Positions 26,198 to 41,315 of a DNA stretch of 64,000 nucleotides are shown here, piece after piece. Both the position numbers and the translations under genes were made by a program. Positions within the stretch are counted from its first letter, which is position 1. Each line of letters begins with the position of its first letter. Origin of the DNA: Eledone cirrhosa (taxonomy: Eukaryota); NCBI GenBank assembly GCA_964016885.1, contig OZ024743.1, positions 12,648,001 through 12,712,000 of the forward strand, given 5' to 3'. The notes beneath the pieces are model-generated. The model was not told the origin of the DNA. It saw nothing but the letters and a program-made list of their open reading frames with translations, and made no database searches.

Positions 26198-29100
26198 CGA
26201 AGAAGATAGACGTGTTTTTGTTTCGCTCCTGCATTTTATCGGAATTTATTACGAGAAGCGGTAGGTTTGTTTAAGCTACTTGTTATTTGTTCTGTTTAAC
26301 CCCTCGCCTGGGACTGCAGACGTTGGTTAAAATAAATTTCGCCCCCTTTTGGAGCAAAATTTGATAGTTATAAGTTATCGATAAAAAGTCGTTTAGTGAC
26401 AATGCATGCTATTAACACGACGCATGCCACGCCCCCCAAGGAAAGTGATAGAGAGAAGGTAGCAGCACAACGCTGTAAGCCTTCCCTCCTCACTCCCGCA
26501 AAAGACACCACGGAATCAAAAGAAAAAATTGTGGAAATGGGTGAAAACCCCAAAAGTAACAATTACACAAACAAGAACAACAATGACAATAACAGCACAA
26601 CCAACAACAGCAACAATGACAATAACAACACAACCAACAACAGCAACAATGACAATAACAACACAAACAACAACAGCAATAATGACAACACCAACAAAGG
26701 AAAAAAGCAAGCCAACACGAATAGCAACAACAACAATGATAACAACACGAAAGAAAACGGACCCACAGATGCAGTCTCCTTCGCACAGGCGGTCCGAGAA
26801 ACGCAGACATACAAGGCACTGGACATCTCGAATGCCAAGAAACTGCTGAAAGAAGCAAGGAATTGTGTAAGTTTCGGGGAAGGTGGGGAATTCACAATTA
26901 CCTCCCCCGAAGAAAGTAGAAGGGACACAATCCTCAGGACCGTAATTTTTAGGACAGTTTCGAACGCGACTAGGAAACCGGCTCAATTGTCCCAAAGCGA
27001 AATTGAGCTGGTCCTAAGTAGTGCCTGGAAGGATATCGCTTTCATACAGAAAGGGAAACTGTATGGAAGTATATCTGTTTTAATGCAAGATGAATTGGCG
27101 GCACGGAAATATTCTGTGTCGCCAATTGTATCCAAAGCATACACCTTTTTCCCCACATATTTGGGGAAAAGAACTCAAAAGATAAGAATCTCGGGCATCG
27201 GGCCAAATGTGAGCATTTGGTGGGTGCCAACGGGATTCTTAGAAGATGAGGACACAATCCTTTCGATAGGCGAATCGACCGGAGGCGTATTCGGCGGCAA
27301 TAGCCTTGAAGTTCTGGATCAAATGAGACCAGAACGGATAGCAAGAATACCGCATGAAGTCGCCTTCATAAACATTTCTGTTGAGGGCAGGCGGCCTTCA
27401 TGCTACCACTGTTCAAGAAGTGGTCACTTGAGGGCTTCCTGTCCCCTTTTAAATGACCCCCCCCCCAAAAAAAAGACGCTTCTGCCCACCCCACACACAA
27501 CAACACATCAACAAAAATACAACAAACACACAGCCACCAGCACAAACAGAACAAACATCTCAAACAAAAAAACCCACCCCTCCCGAAAACATAACACATA
27601 CTACAAAACGCAAACACATACAAGAACAACAAACAAAAACAAACACAACACAACAAAAACAGTATAATATACATCAACACAAACAACAAAACAATTGTGC
27701 AAACAATAGACAAAGACCCTTCGGTGGAAACCGAAGGGAAAATGTTCACCAACGCGGCGACTAAACCGCATTTAAATATGATTAGGGTCCCAAGGGTCAC
27801 CTACGCAATGTTCAAACAGAACTTTCCCGAGGACGTGGGGAACCCCTGTACTAGACCTAGCAACCGCGTCCTCTTGAAATGTTTCCCCACCACCACCCCA
27901 GACACCCCTCCCCCACCAAACACCCCCACCCCACCACACACTGATGTCCCCACCACATCCCAAACCCCCACCCCACCAAACAACCCCGCCGACACCCCGA
28001 TGGAAATTGTGCAGCCTGGTCCCCAGGAGAAGGACAGGGAGGTGTCTCTTTTTTTCTCCACTCTAAACTCTTCACCACCAACATGGCTGTTATGAGAGTT
28101 GGATGTTTAAATGTGCGCGGCCTGGGGATATCCTGGAAGCAGGGCAAACTCTTAAATGACCTCAGGTCGCACAGAATGGATATGATAGCTATTTGCGAGT
28201 CCAGGATCAGCAGCGAGCACCAACTGGCCCCCATCTTCGATGACTTTGAGATCTATGCATCTCTCTGTCAGCCGGGGGTAGGGGCGGGTGGTCGTTCTGC
28301 TGCGAAAACACCTGGGCCTTGCAACACAGAAGTACACCTGTACCCGGAGGGCCAACTGGTGGTTCTAGACGTCGGCAGTAGTGAAGGTGGAGCCTTCAGG
28401 CTGGTGGCAGCGTATGCCCCATCTGGGACACCGCGACCGGACTTCTTCCAGCGCCTAAGACTTTTCTGGGAAGGTCTCGCTCCTTGCTTTTAGTGGGGGA
28501 CTGGAATGGTATCCTGGATGCACGTTGGGACTATGTAGGGGCATGTCCCGATAGAGTGGGGTGTAACAGCCTCAAACGGTTAATCGGCTGCCACTGTGGA
28601 CGTGGACTAATCTCAGGTCGTACCTAGATAGGTTCCTAGTTAGAAATAAGGATAGGGACATATTAAGCTGTCAACTAATATTCATGGTTAATTATTCAGA
28701 TCACAAGTTGGTGACCGGAGTGGTCAACCTTGATAGAACCCATAGACAAGGACTCGGTTACTGGAAGCTAAACTTGTCCTTACCGACAAACAAAGCTTAC
28801 AGTAAGCGGATTAGCACTCTAGTTAAGCAGCGGTTGACGGGGGCAATTGTCAACAGCAGGTGGTGGGGCTCTATCAAGGGAGAAATTAGAATAGAATCGA
28901 TAGGTTTTAGTCAGGAATTAGCATCAGATAGGAATAGAACTGAAAGGGAATTGATAGATAGAGTAGAAGAGGCGATTAGTAGTAGCAACGTGCCGGCGTC
29001 CTGGCGTCAAGAACGGCCCTAGACCAGTTCTTTGATGCGAAGCACGAGGGCTGCGTTGTCAGGAGTAAAATACGTGCTCTGGGTAACGAGGGAGCCAAAG

Positions 29101-31697
29101 CTGTTAGCTGGGCCCGAGTGACAGGAAAAAAGTGGAAAGAAGTCCACTATTCGGTCTTTGAAGGACCAGGATGGACGCGGGATCCTTGAACCTGAGCGGT
29201 TGTGCGCGGCCTTTCAACGGCGCTTTGCACGACTGTTCGGGAATGGCGGCGGGCCGGGTGAGGCCATCGGTTTTGGTCCATACCTCGACGGTCTGCCGCG
29301 GCTCTCGGACGGGGAGGCGAAGTCCTGCGAAAGGCCGATTTCAGCCGCTGAGATAGGGGAAGCGCTAAGCCAATGCGGCAAACGCAAATCTCCCGGTCTC
29401 GATGATCTACCATACGAACTTTATGTAGCGATGCCGGACTTGTTCTTCAATCTCCTCGAGGCGGTCTACTGCAACTGGCAACCGCACGGGAGAATTCCCA
29501 GTTCTGTGACCAAGGGCGTAGTCACGCTGGTGAGGAAGGACAAGAACAAGGGGGATGACATAGATAACTTCAGGCCCATAACTCTGCTAAACACACAGTT
29601 AAAGATTTTGGCCAAGGTGTTAGCGAAGAGGTTGGCGTTTGTCGTCGGGAACCTGGTGGGAGAAGCGCAGACATGCGCAATCCCGTCCAGGTCCATACAC
29701 GACAACCTCCACCTCATGCGATACATCGTAGAGAGGGTAGGTAACGAACCCGGCTTTGGTGGGGCTCTGATCAACTTGGGTCAATCTAAGGCGTTCGATA
29801 GGGTCGACCATCGGTACCTGGATGCGGTATTCGCGGCGGCAGGCTTCGGACCCGTTTTCAGGGGCTGGATTGCTGCAATGCACAGCAGCAACACCTGCTC
29901 GAGGGTCAAGGTGAACAGCTACCTCTCAGAGCCGTTCCAAATCGCGCGATTCATCCGACAGGGATGCCCTCTCTCCTCCCTTCTGTATGTGCTGGCTCTC
30001 GAGCTACTACTGCGGAAGTTGGAGCTGTTGCAGGGAATCCCCTTGGAACTGGGATTGCGGAAAGCGGTGTCGGCCTACGCCGATGACGTGACAGTAATGG
30101 TGTCGTGCGCCTCGGAAATCGAGCAGATCGGCACCTTACTGGAGGAATACGAAAGGTTTACAGCAGCCAAGCTGAACCGGGACAAGTCCGTCGGTTTGCA
30201 ACTCGGATCGTGAAGAGGCAAACCGATGCCCTCCGACGGCGTCGTCGGACGCTGGACGGAGGGACCGGTGAAGCTGCTTGGAACTGGTTCGGACCGGACC
30301 TCCAGGTGGAGAAAAACTGGGACGAGGTAACGGGCAGGGTGTTTGCACTCGCCCAGAAGTGGGCCGAGTGCAAACTATCCCTGAAAGGTCGAGCGGAGGT
30401 GGCGAACACTTATATAGCGTCCGTCATCTACTACCGCTTGACCGTCGTGGCTTGCCAAGCGAAAACGCTCGCCAAAATGGAGCGCGCGCTTTTCCGATTC
30501 CTTTGGAAGAAGCGGGCCCCTTTGGTGAGAAGATCCATCTGCTGTCAACACCCTTCGAACGGAGGGCTGGGGATGCTGTGGCTGACGATGCGTAGACACG
30601 CATTAAGGCTACGGCACCTCCAGATGTTCCTCACCGGTGAGCCGGTGTGGGCCCCTTTTGTGAGGCGAGCCTTTCCGAGACTCGTCTCACTCACCGAGCT
30701 GCAATCCTGGGTCAAGCAAAGACCGAGAAAAATGGGCGACTGGTACATTGAATGTGCCCAGGCGCTCACTGCCCTCTGGCAAGCGGATCCGGCAATCAGT
30801 GGAGACTCAACCTCAACATTCTATAGAGGGTTGGTGCGCAGCAAGTGCGACGACGCTCTCGGAGAGGCTCTGGGCATGGAGGAAGACGAGCTAGCCAGTC
30901 TGTTCGGTAGGACGTTTGGCCCAGGACTGATGGACAACTTCCAAAAGTCCCTGGCTTGGCAGTGCTACCGAGGAGCTCTACCCGCTCGGGACAAGCTCTA
31001 CAGACACGGGCGCCCGGGTAGGGACCCCTCGAAGAAGATCTGTCCGAGATACGTGCGTGACGAGGATACCGTCGCGCACGCATTCGTACACTGCCCGGGC
31101 GTTGCTGACCTGTGGGGATATTTGGAACGACTACTGTCGCGGGTGGGACCAATCCGGTTGACCACCGAGTACATTGTCACGATCAAACCGCCACCCCCTT
31201 CAAAAACGAAGGAGAGGCGGTTTTCCTCTGTGTGATAGCTATGGCGAAAGAGGTTGTATGGTGGACGAGGTTGAAAGGGCTGAGGTCAGACACTTTTCTC
31301 TCCGGCCAACAACTGGTCCTTTTTTTCAAGTACCATTTTAGAAGAAGGATCAGAATGGAGAGAGAGGTGCTCTACCCCAGCAAGTTTTATGAAAGGAGGG
31401 TGAAAGTGGCGAGAATGGCCCGAGTGAATGGGCCTTCTCTCTATATCAGCCTGTAGGTGAGAGAGGAGAAGAAAGAGGAGAGGAAGGGAGCATCCGCTCT
31501 TTGTGCTCCTGAGGAGGTGGGTTGCAGATTTTTTTCGAGGGTGTGTGCGTCCCACGTCAACGCCCCCTCCCTATTGAAGACTTCGATTGTTGAATTTTAT
31601 TTGTTATATGTTTTTACACGTCCTTTGAAATGTATGTAACCCCCCCCCTGTATTTGTCCCAATCGTTGATGCCCTGGTGGCAAATAAATAAAAAGTT
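26198..31697 (+). mobile_element. Full-length but frameshifted Tx1-clade LINE (ORF1 with CCHC; ORF2 APE-RT-ZnF)
   Basis: ORF1 from ATG 26402 with CYHCSRSGHLRASC. ORF2 from 28083 in pieces with LNVRGL, YSDHKLV, QGCPLS and YADD. (TCTA)n on both sides. Confidence 0.93.
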
Positions 31698-31808
31698 ATC
31701 TTTCTATCTATCTATCTATTCACACACACACACCACACACACATACACGCACACAAACATACATACACACACACACGCACACACACATACACACACGCAA
31801 ACACACAC

Positions 31809-31934
<126 letters not shown>

Positions 31935-32161
31935 TAATGAATTTTACTTCGTGGTGAACAGTTGAATTCCACTACTATAAACTTTCTTATGAAGTGTAAT
32001 AAATAACTACGTATTGCATATGATTGAACAATATATATTGTAGTCAACATATGTAGACAATTTATAATAGACACAGAAACATGCGTCAAAGCAAATAAAT
32101 TCATAATCTTTCACGCCGACGTTTTATTTTTCTTGGTGCAATACTTGCTTATATATATATA

Positions 32162-34323
<2,162 letters not shown>

Positions 34324-34377
34324 CGTTTCTGAATTTGTTTACCAAGATTTTTTATCTGAAAACGTGTGTTGAAACCG

Positions 34378-35230
34378 ATATTGTTATACTTTGGGAGGGT
34401 CATGTTGCCAATAAGAAACACACGCACCAGTTGCTTTCACTTCAATTTATTATAAATTTAATTTATAAATTTAGGAATTTATAAATTTCCGGTTGGTTGG
34501 TTGGTTCCACAACCAGACGATTGTTCATATATTGTCAAAGTTCTTTCGTCACACATTCTGTGACCTCTTCAGTGACTGGGAATGCTTTTCTTTGTTTTTG
34601 TGCCTCTCCTTTGTTCTGTCCTACGCCATCTTGTTTTTGTGTGTGTTGTGTGCTTAGTATGCGCATGTGTTACATCCGGGTGTCTGTGTGTGTTTATATT
34701 TGTTTATTTATTTGTTTATTTACATGTTACAAAAAAAAAAAGACGCAATGTTTAGACAAATCACAGAGGCAATAAACATAAATGAACTCCAACCAAATTA
34801 AATAGAAAGCATGAATGGAATAGCAACATCACAACTTACAATTAAGGACAAAATGAAAACACACACGCACATAGAACAAACAACCAACCAGTAACATGTA
34901 AATAAACAAAAAATAAACAAATATAAACACACACAGACACCTGGATGTAACACATGCGCAAACTAAGCACACAACACACACAAAAACAAGATGGCGTAGG
35001 ACAGAACAAAGGAGAGGCACAAAAACAAAGAAAAGAATCCCCAGTCACTGAAGAGGTCACAAAATGTGTGACGAAAGAACTTTGACAATATATGAACAAT
35101 CGTCTGGTTGTGGAACCAACCAACCAACCGGAAATTTATAAATTCCTAAATTTATAAATTTAATTTATAATAAATTGAAGTGAAAGCAACTGGTGAGTGT
35201 GTTTCTTATTGGCAACAAAGTATAACAATA
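34378..35230. mobile_element. PLE 3' fragment with ~340-bp inverted duplication; spacer encodes the end of a GIY-YIG endonuclease
   Basis: Arms 34378-34730 and 34891-35230. Spacer from 34742 reads DAMFRQITEAININELQP, then after a frameshift KLNRKHEWN. (TA)n on both sides. Confidence 0.85.
35044..35086 (+). ncRNA. Minimal hammerhead (mirror copy at 34534-34576)
   Basis: GTCA-CTGAAGA-G-GTCACA(AAATG)TGTGAC-GAA-AGAACT-T-TGAC. Confidence 0.78.
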
Positions 35231-35280
35231 TATATATATATATATATTTAAAAGAATACTGGTGTAACATACGAGTTGTG

Positions 35281-35660
35281 ATATATTAGTAAAAGGAAAA
35301 GAAAATGCTGACAAATTTTTCCCAGTGAAAAATAGTTTAATTAGGAATAAGTAAAAATTAGTAATAAGTATTGGTTAGTATTCAGTTTTAGTTTTAAGTT
35401 TTTACCGGTTGCGCATTTCTAATGCTTTTCAAAAATAATTTTGAGATAGAGCGCCCGTGATGTTTGCTCTAATCTGATTAGAGCAAACATCACGGGCGCT
35501 CTATCTCAAAATTATTTTTGAAAAGCATTAGAAATGCGCAACCGGTAAAAACTTAAAACTAAAACTGAATACTAACCAATACTTATTACTAATTTTTACT
35601 TATTCCTAATTAAACTATTTTTCACTGGGAAAAATTTGTCAGCATTTCCTTTTCCTTTTA

Positions 35661-35669
<9 letters not shown>
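35281..35669. repeat. 194-bp-arm palindrome (1-nt centre at 35475, one mismatch) in (TA)n with a degenerate hammerhead-like motif
   Basis: Centre ...GCTCTAATC-T-GATTAGAGC...; TTGAAAA-GCAT(TAGAA)ATGC-GCA-ACCGGT-A at 35518-35547. Confidence 0.9.
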
Positions 35670-35736
<67 letters not shown>

Positions 35737-35750
35737 ATGTATGTGTGTGT

Positions 35751-35815
<65 letters not shown>

Positions 35816-35974
35816 CGCGCGTGTGTATGTGTGTATATATATATATATATACTAAGTTACGGTACTATAACATATAATATGTATGATGATTATGTTTCTC
35901 AGCAGAAAAGGTCAATAATGTCCAGAGCATCAATAATTCAAATTAAGATAAGAACTTTTTCACCTTAAAATATA

Positions 35975-38178
35975 TCACTTTGATCACCTTGACCGACCAG
36001 TCTGTCGGGCGTCCATTCGGCGCCGCTGGTCACAGCACGCCGTCCATTCCTCTCTGGATCGTGCTTTCCTCATCCATGTAGTCCCAATTATATTCCTAAA
36101 ATCGTAACTCCACCTTTGTGGAGGCCTTCCGAGTGGTCGTTTCCGCTCGCGCGGGTACCACTCGGCAACTGCGCGGGTCTACCGATTATCGGTGAACCGG
36201 GCGACGTGTCCAGCCCATCTGAACTTGCTGCGCATATATTCCGTGATGACGTCCCTCACGCCGGACTTCTGTCTGATGACTTCGCTCCTGATGTGCTCTC
36301 TCAACGAGATTCCTAGCATTGATCTCTCCATGGCTCTTTGAGCCGTTACCAGCCTCTGCTCTTCTCTCTTCGTTATAGCCCAAGTTTCACTGCCATATAA
36401 CATTGCAGGTAAAACTGTGCTATTGAAGAGTTTGGCGCGGGTGGTCTTGTCCAACCTCCCCTTGAGCACATCCCTTATGCCGTTGAACGCCTTCCATCTG
36501 GCCCTTACTCTCTGCGAGATCTCCCTCTCAATGTCTCGGTGCATGTTCACTTCTTGTCCTAGGTAGACGCATTCCTCTACCCCCTCTATTTCATCACCGC
36601 CAACCACCATTCGACCTATTGATACGTTGTCGGACGGCATGATCTTCGTTTTCATGCGGATCATCTTGAGGCCTACTGCAGAGCTTTTGATGTCGAGCTC
36701 TGTCAGCATGGTCTGAAGTTGATCCGTGGTTTCAGCGATGAGTACGATGTCATCAGTGAAACGGAGGTGGGTAAGTATCTCGCTGTTGATGTTGACACCG
36801 CCTTGCCAGTCAATGCCTCTGATGATTCGCTTGAGACACGCGGTGAAAAGTTTTGGAGAAATCGTATCTCTTTGCTTCACTCCCTTCTCGACAGGCACTC
36901 GTGCGGGTGATGACAGCAGAGCTATGTCCGTGGTGCATTCGGAATTCGCCTCCTTGAGCAGTTGAACGTATTGCGCCTCGACTCCTTGCCTCTGCAGCGA
37001 GTTCAGCACTGCGTTGATTTCGACGCTGTTGAAGGCCTTCTCGTAGTCTACGAACGCGACGCAAGAGGCATCTTGTACTCTTTCGCTCGCTCAAGCAGTT
37101 GTGTCAGAGTAAATATGTGGTCCATCGTGCTGTAGTTCATCCAGAAGCCGGCTTGCTCTCTCGGTTGCTGTTCGTCCAGATGACGTGATAACCTGTTCAG
37201 GATTATCTTCGTGAACAGCTTGTACACGTGAGACAGCAGGCATATGAGTCGGTAGTTCTTCAGATCTTCTCTATCGCCCTTCTTGTATAGCAGGATGGTA
37301 TTCGACTCTTTCCACTGCGAGGGTATTCTTCCCTCGTCCAGATAGTGTGTGAATCGCTCGGCGAGGATTTTCCAGAGCTGCTCTCCGCCTGACATCAACA
37401 CCTCCGATGTTATACCGTCTTTCCCTGGCGCCTTTCCGGTTTTCATCAAGTCGGCGGCTCTTTCGACCTCACTGACAAGGATGGGTGGCACATTTTCTTC
37501 CTGTTGGAGTGACGGCAACGACTGCACATTCCCGGCAGACTTGAAGAGCTTGGTGTAGAAGTCTTCGCAAACCTTTTCCACCTCACTCTTGTCGCTGACC
37601 GGTACTCCAGCTGTGTTCTTCAGGGTCGTCACCTCTGATTTCTACATTGCCATGTATCTCTCGCATTTCTTGAGGCTCTTCTTTTCCTCTGCAGCCTTCA
37701 GGAGCTTCTCCATCCGGTATGCCTCGAAGTCTCTCTTCAGTTGTTGACGTATCACTCTGCTGAGAAGGGAATATTCGAGGTGATCTTCAGGTGTCCTCTT
37801 CATATTCTTCTTCTCAAGCAGCTTCATAGTTTCCTCCGAGACTCTTCCCTTCCGCTCCCTCGGGCACAGACCCTTAGCCTTCCTCAAGCACTCCTTCAGT
37901 TTCCTTATCAGTGAGTCGTAGTCAGCGTCTATGTCGTCTCCTTGACGCCAGTTTTCCTGCATGATGGCTTCCTGCAGCTGCGCCTCGTTGAAGACCCGGA
38001 CGCCTTCTCCCTTCGACGCCAAATGCAGCGGCTTCTTCTCCCTCGTCCGGTCGATGACGACCTTCGCCCTCACCAGACGATGATCACTGCCAGTGTTGAA
38101 TGGCGCTATGACGGAGACGTCCTGTAGTATGCGTCGCTTGTCGACCAGGATGTAGTCGATCTCGTTTCGGTGCTCAGA
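35975..38178 (-). mobile_element. 5'-truncated, frameshifted RTE-clade LINE (end of APE plus RT)
   Basis: NEIDYIL..GSDHRLV, GKAPGKDGIT, NYRLICLLSHVYKLFTKII, QPREQAGF, GVKQRDTISPKLF, LRFTDDIVL, LYGSETW, RWAGHVAR. Confidence 0.9.
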
Positions 38179-38355
38179 ATTAGGCGACCCAGGTCCATCT
38201 CTTCTCCCCCTTCTTCCTGAATAGGCTGTTTCCGATGTAGAGCCGTCTCGTTTCCTAAATATTATATACTTTATATTTATGTACAAAATACTATGTTTCT
38301 ATAACGATATATGGCTCTTTCTCATTCTATTGAATTATATATATATACACACATA

Positions 38356-38490
<135 letters not shown>

Positions 38491-38524
38491 CTATTGAATT
38501 GAATTATATATATAATATAATATA

Positions 38525-38604
<80 letters not shown>

Positions 38605-39828
38605 CATGAATATGTATATATACACATGAATACGCGCACGAACACAGACATACAAATATTTGTATTTACTGAGGCAAGCTTTTCATTTATAACATATATT
38701 CTAGTTCGTTTTTTATTCAGTTTCTTTTTTCATATATCAGATAAAAATACATCAGATACTACACCATTAAACTTACACAAACTACAAATATAATGTTTTA
38801 CAAATATCAAAAGCATAGTGACTATAGAAAAGATGAACATATCAAAACCTCAATAAACAGAATACGAATTGCAATATATCAAACAAACTAACCTTAATAA
38901 TATATTACAAAAACACCAAATTTGTAAAACAAAGAAAAGCAAAACAAAACTCATCACCAGAATCCTTCACCAGCAAACTACATCATCTATGTATATCCGA
39001 TGCCGAATTATTAATGAGTAATGCTATTTACAAAATATATTGAAAATGTCAACGTGTTAACTCCACAACTCCAACTGTGCTATTGGTCATACGATTTCTC
39101 CACTCAGATAGCCTACAACAGATACAGCAAGGAGAATTTACGATGGACTCCATCACACGACAAAACATAATTACACAGGAAAATATTAGTAAATATCCTA
39201 TACTATACAGAATTCCGCATAATAATATATAATTAATAATGATTTATATTTTAGGGAAAATGTCAACAAAGATTTTGGGAAAGGGCAAAGTTGATTAAAT
39301 TGACACCAGGAGGAGTCAAGGCTAATTTGACCTCGGCAGGGTTTGAACGCAAAATGCAAAGAACCGGAGCAAATACAATTAAGCATTCTACGACGCTCTA
39401 ATGCCTCTATCAAGCTGCCACACTATATATGATAAATAATGGAAGCAATATTCAATGTAAAAATAAACATACTGAAAACGCACTGATCACAAACAAAAAT
39501 ATACACATAATGACACATATATAAACAAAAATATACACATAACCGATGGCACATATATCTAATTGTTAAAATTCAAATTCTGGAGGTATGTTTATACCAA
39601 CACAATACCTCATATAAAAGGACAGATACACATCCGGAAGATATGCCTCATGAACGTCTAGAAATACAGATGATGGATTTAGAAATTTGACAATTCTAAG
39701 CAAGCTGGAAGCAACCCATAGGAAAATATGAAAAAAAAGCATTGATAGAAAAGATAGAATAAGAGAACAGTGATGTTTTCAATACAATACACATACACTC
39801 ACACACACCCTCATATTTATTTACAATC

Positions 39829-39939
39829 TTATGTCATACTTGTAAATGTATAATTTAATGTATGTGTGTATGTTCTCTCTTTCTCTGAGAGAGAACATAC
39901 ACACATACATTAAATTATACATTTACAAGTACGACATAA
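39829..39939. repeat. 52-bp-arm fold-back next to an R4/Dong 3' fragment
   Basis: Arms 39829-39880 and 39888-39939, one mismatch, 7-nt loop. Confidence 0.85.
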
Positions 39940-39951
39940 TATATGTATGTA

Positions 39952-40148
39952 TGTTATCTCTTTCTCTTAATTTCGAGTATATTTTTTTGACCGGCCACCT
40001 TCCTGGTGGCAAGGTTATAAAAGAAAAGAAATTGTCATCCTTTGAATCGCAAGAATGTTTTGCAAATTTTGAAGGTGCCAGCTATCGCAGCCATTTGTAG
40101 ACTATGAATTAGGGAGCTGCGCTCTTTGTCCGCAAATCCAAGTCAGTC
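39952..40148 (-). mobile_element. ~200-bp 3' fragment of the R4/Dong-like family, in (TACA)n
   Basis: Near-identical to 1124-1320; (TATG)n on both sides. Confidence 0.9.
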
Positions 40149-40179
<31 letters not shown>

Positions 40180-40249
40180 TGTATGTATGTATGTATGTAT
40201 GTATGTATGTATGTATGTATGTATGTATGTATGTATGTATGTATGTATG

Positions 40250-40500
40250 TGCCTTTGCTCACTATAAAAGCTTCAGAGGACAGGCATTGCTTTATATCTG
40301 GAGATCTCTCTGCACTTGTCGTCACATGGTATCATGGGCCAGCACTATGTGTCAATAATTGTCACAAGTGTAGTGTTTGTACCAGAGTTTTCAAGTCGCT
40401 GGCTGGACTAAAAAGTCACACTCGTTCAGCGCTTCGGTAGGGGTTCTCCTACATGGATATAAAGTAGTGGCCGTACTCGAAAACGAGTTGGCAGCCACCA
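40250..40500 (+). mobile_element. 3' end of a probable RTE-like LINE with a C2H2 finger and terminal stem-loop, in (TATG)n
   Basis: CSVCTRVFKSLAGLKSHTRS; tail TGGCCGTACTCGAAAACGAGTTGGCAGCCA is shared with 56912-56944. Confidence 0.6.
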
Positions 40501-40734
40501 TGTATGTATGTATGTATGTATGTATGTATGTATGTATGTATGTATGTATGTATGTATGTATGTATGTATGTATGTATGTATGTATGGATGGATGGATGTA
40601 TACACATACACACCGTTCTTGCTTTCCTCTTTTTATAAGTACACCTTATGCAGCAACTACACAACCCCTGTTTATTTAAAAATATATACATACACACACG
40701 CACATATATATATATATATATATATACTGTATAT

Positions 40735-40792
<58 letters not shown>

Positions 40793-41315
40793 GTGTAGAA
40801 ATCATATGTGTGTGCTTATATGTGTATATTGCTGCAACCTGCTACTTATCCGTCTTCCTTGTTGTTTTTATTTCCTTCTTTTGTCTCCCCATACTTTTCC
40901 TCATTCTCTCTACATCATCCATCTTCTTACACATTCATCCTATTAAACTCCTTAAGTCGTTGGAGCAAATATAAATGTTTTTATTGCTTTGAACATATAT
41001 CCTTGCTTTGTAGAAGTAATTGACTTTGCTGCTGGGCTATAAGCTCGCATTACAACTTTATCGTCTCGACCAAACATCTATCTATCTATCTATTTATCTC
41101 TGGGATGGACACACGCGTATAACTTGCTGAGTAAGTTCTGTTTAAATTTCTATAGAAATTCTTGTCTGATAACTTTAATTTTTGTACCATTTTGTAGAGG
41201 GACTGCCAGGTCAAACTTTGATCTGGTCAGTCTCTCAAAATATTCTACGCCTTTAGGCGAAATAGTTAAACAAAAAAAAAAAGTTTTTTCTTGTTGAAAA
41301 GTCAATATTTTTTAA

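Noticed and set aside
30211-30213. In-frame TGA as possible selenocysteine or recoding
   Set aside because: Other copies have TGG (Trp) here and this copy has several other lesions. The stop I checked in the Naiad-like fragment is TAA, not TGA.
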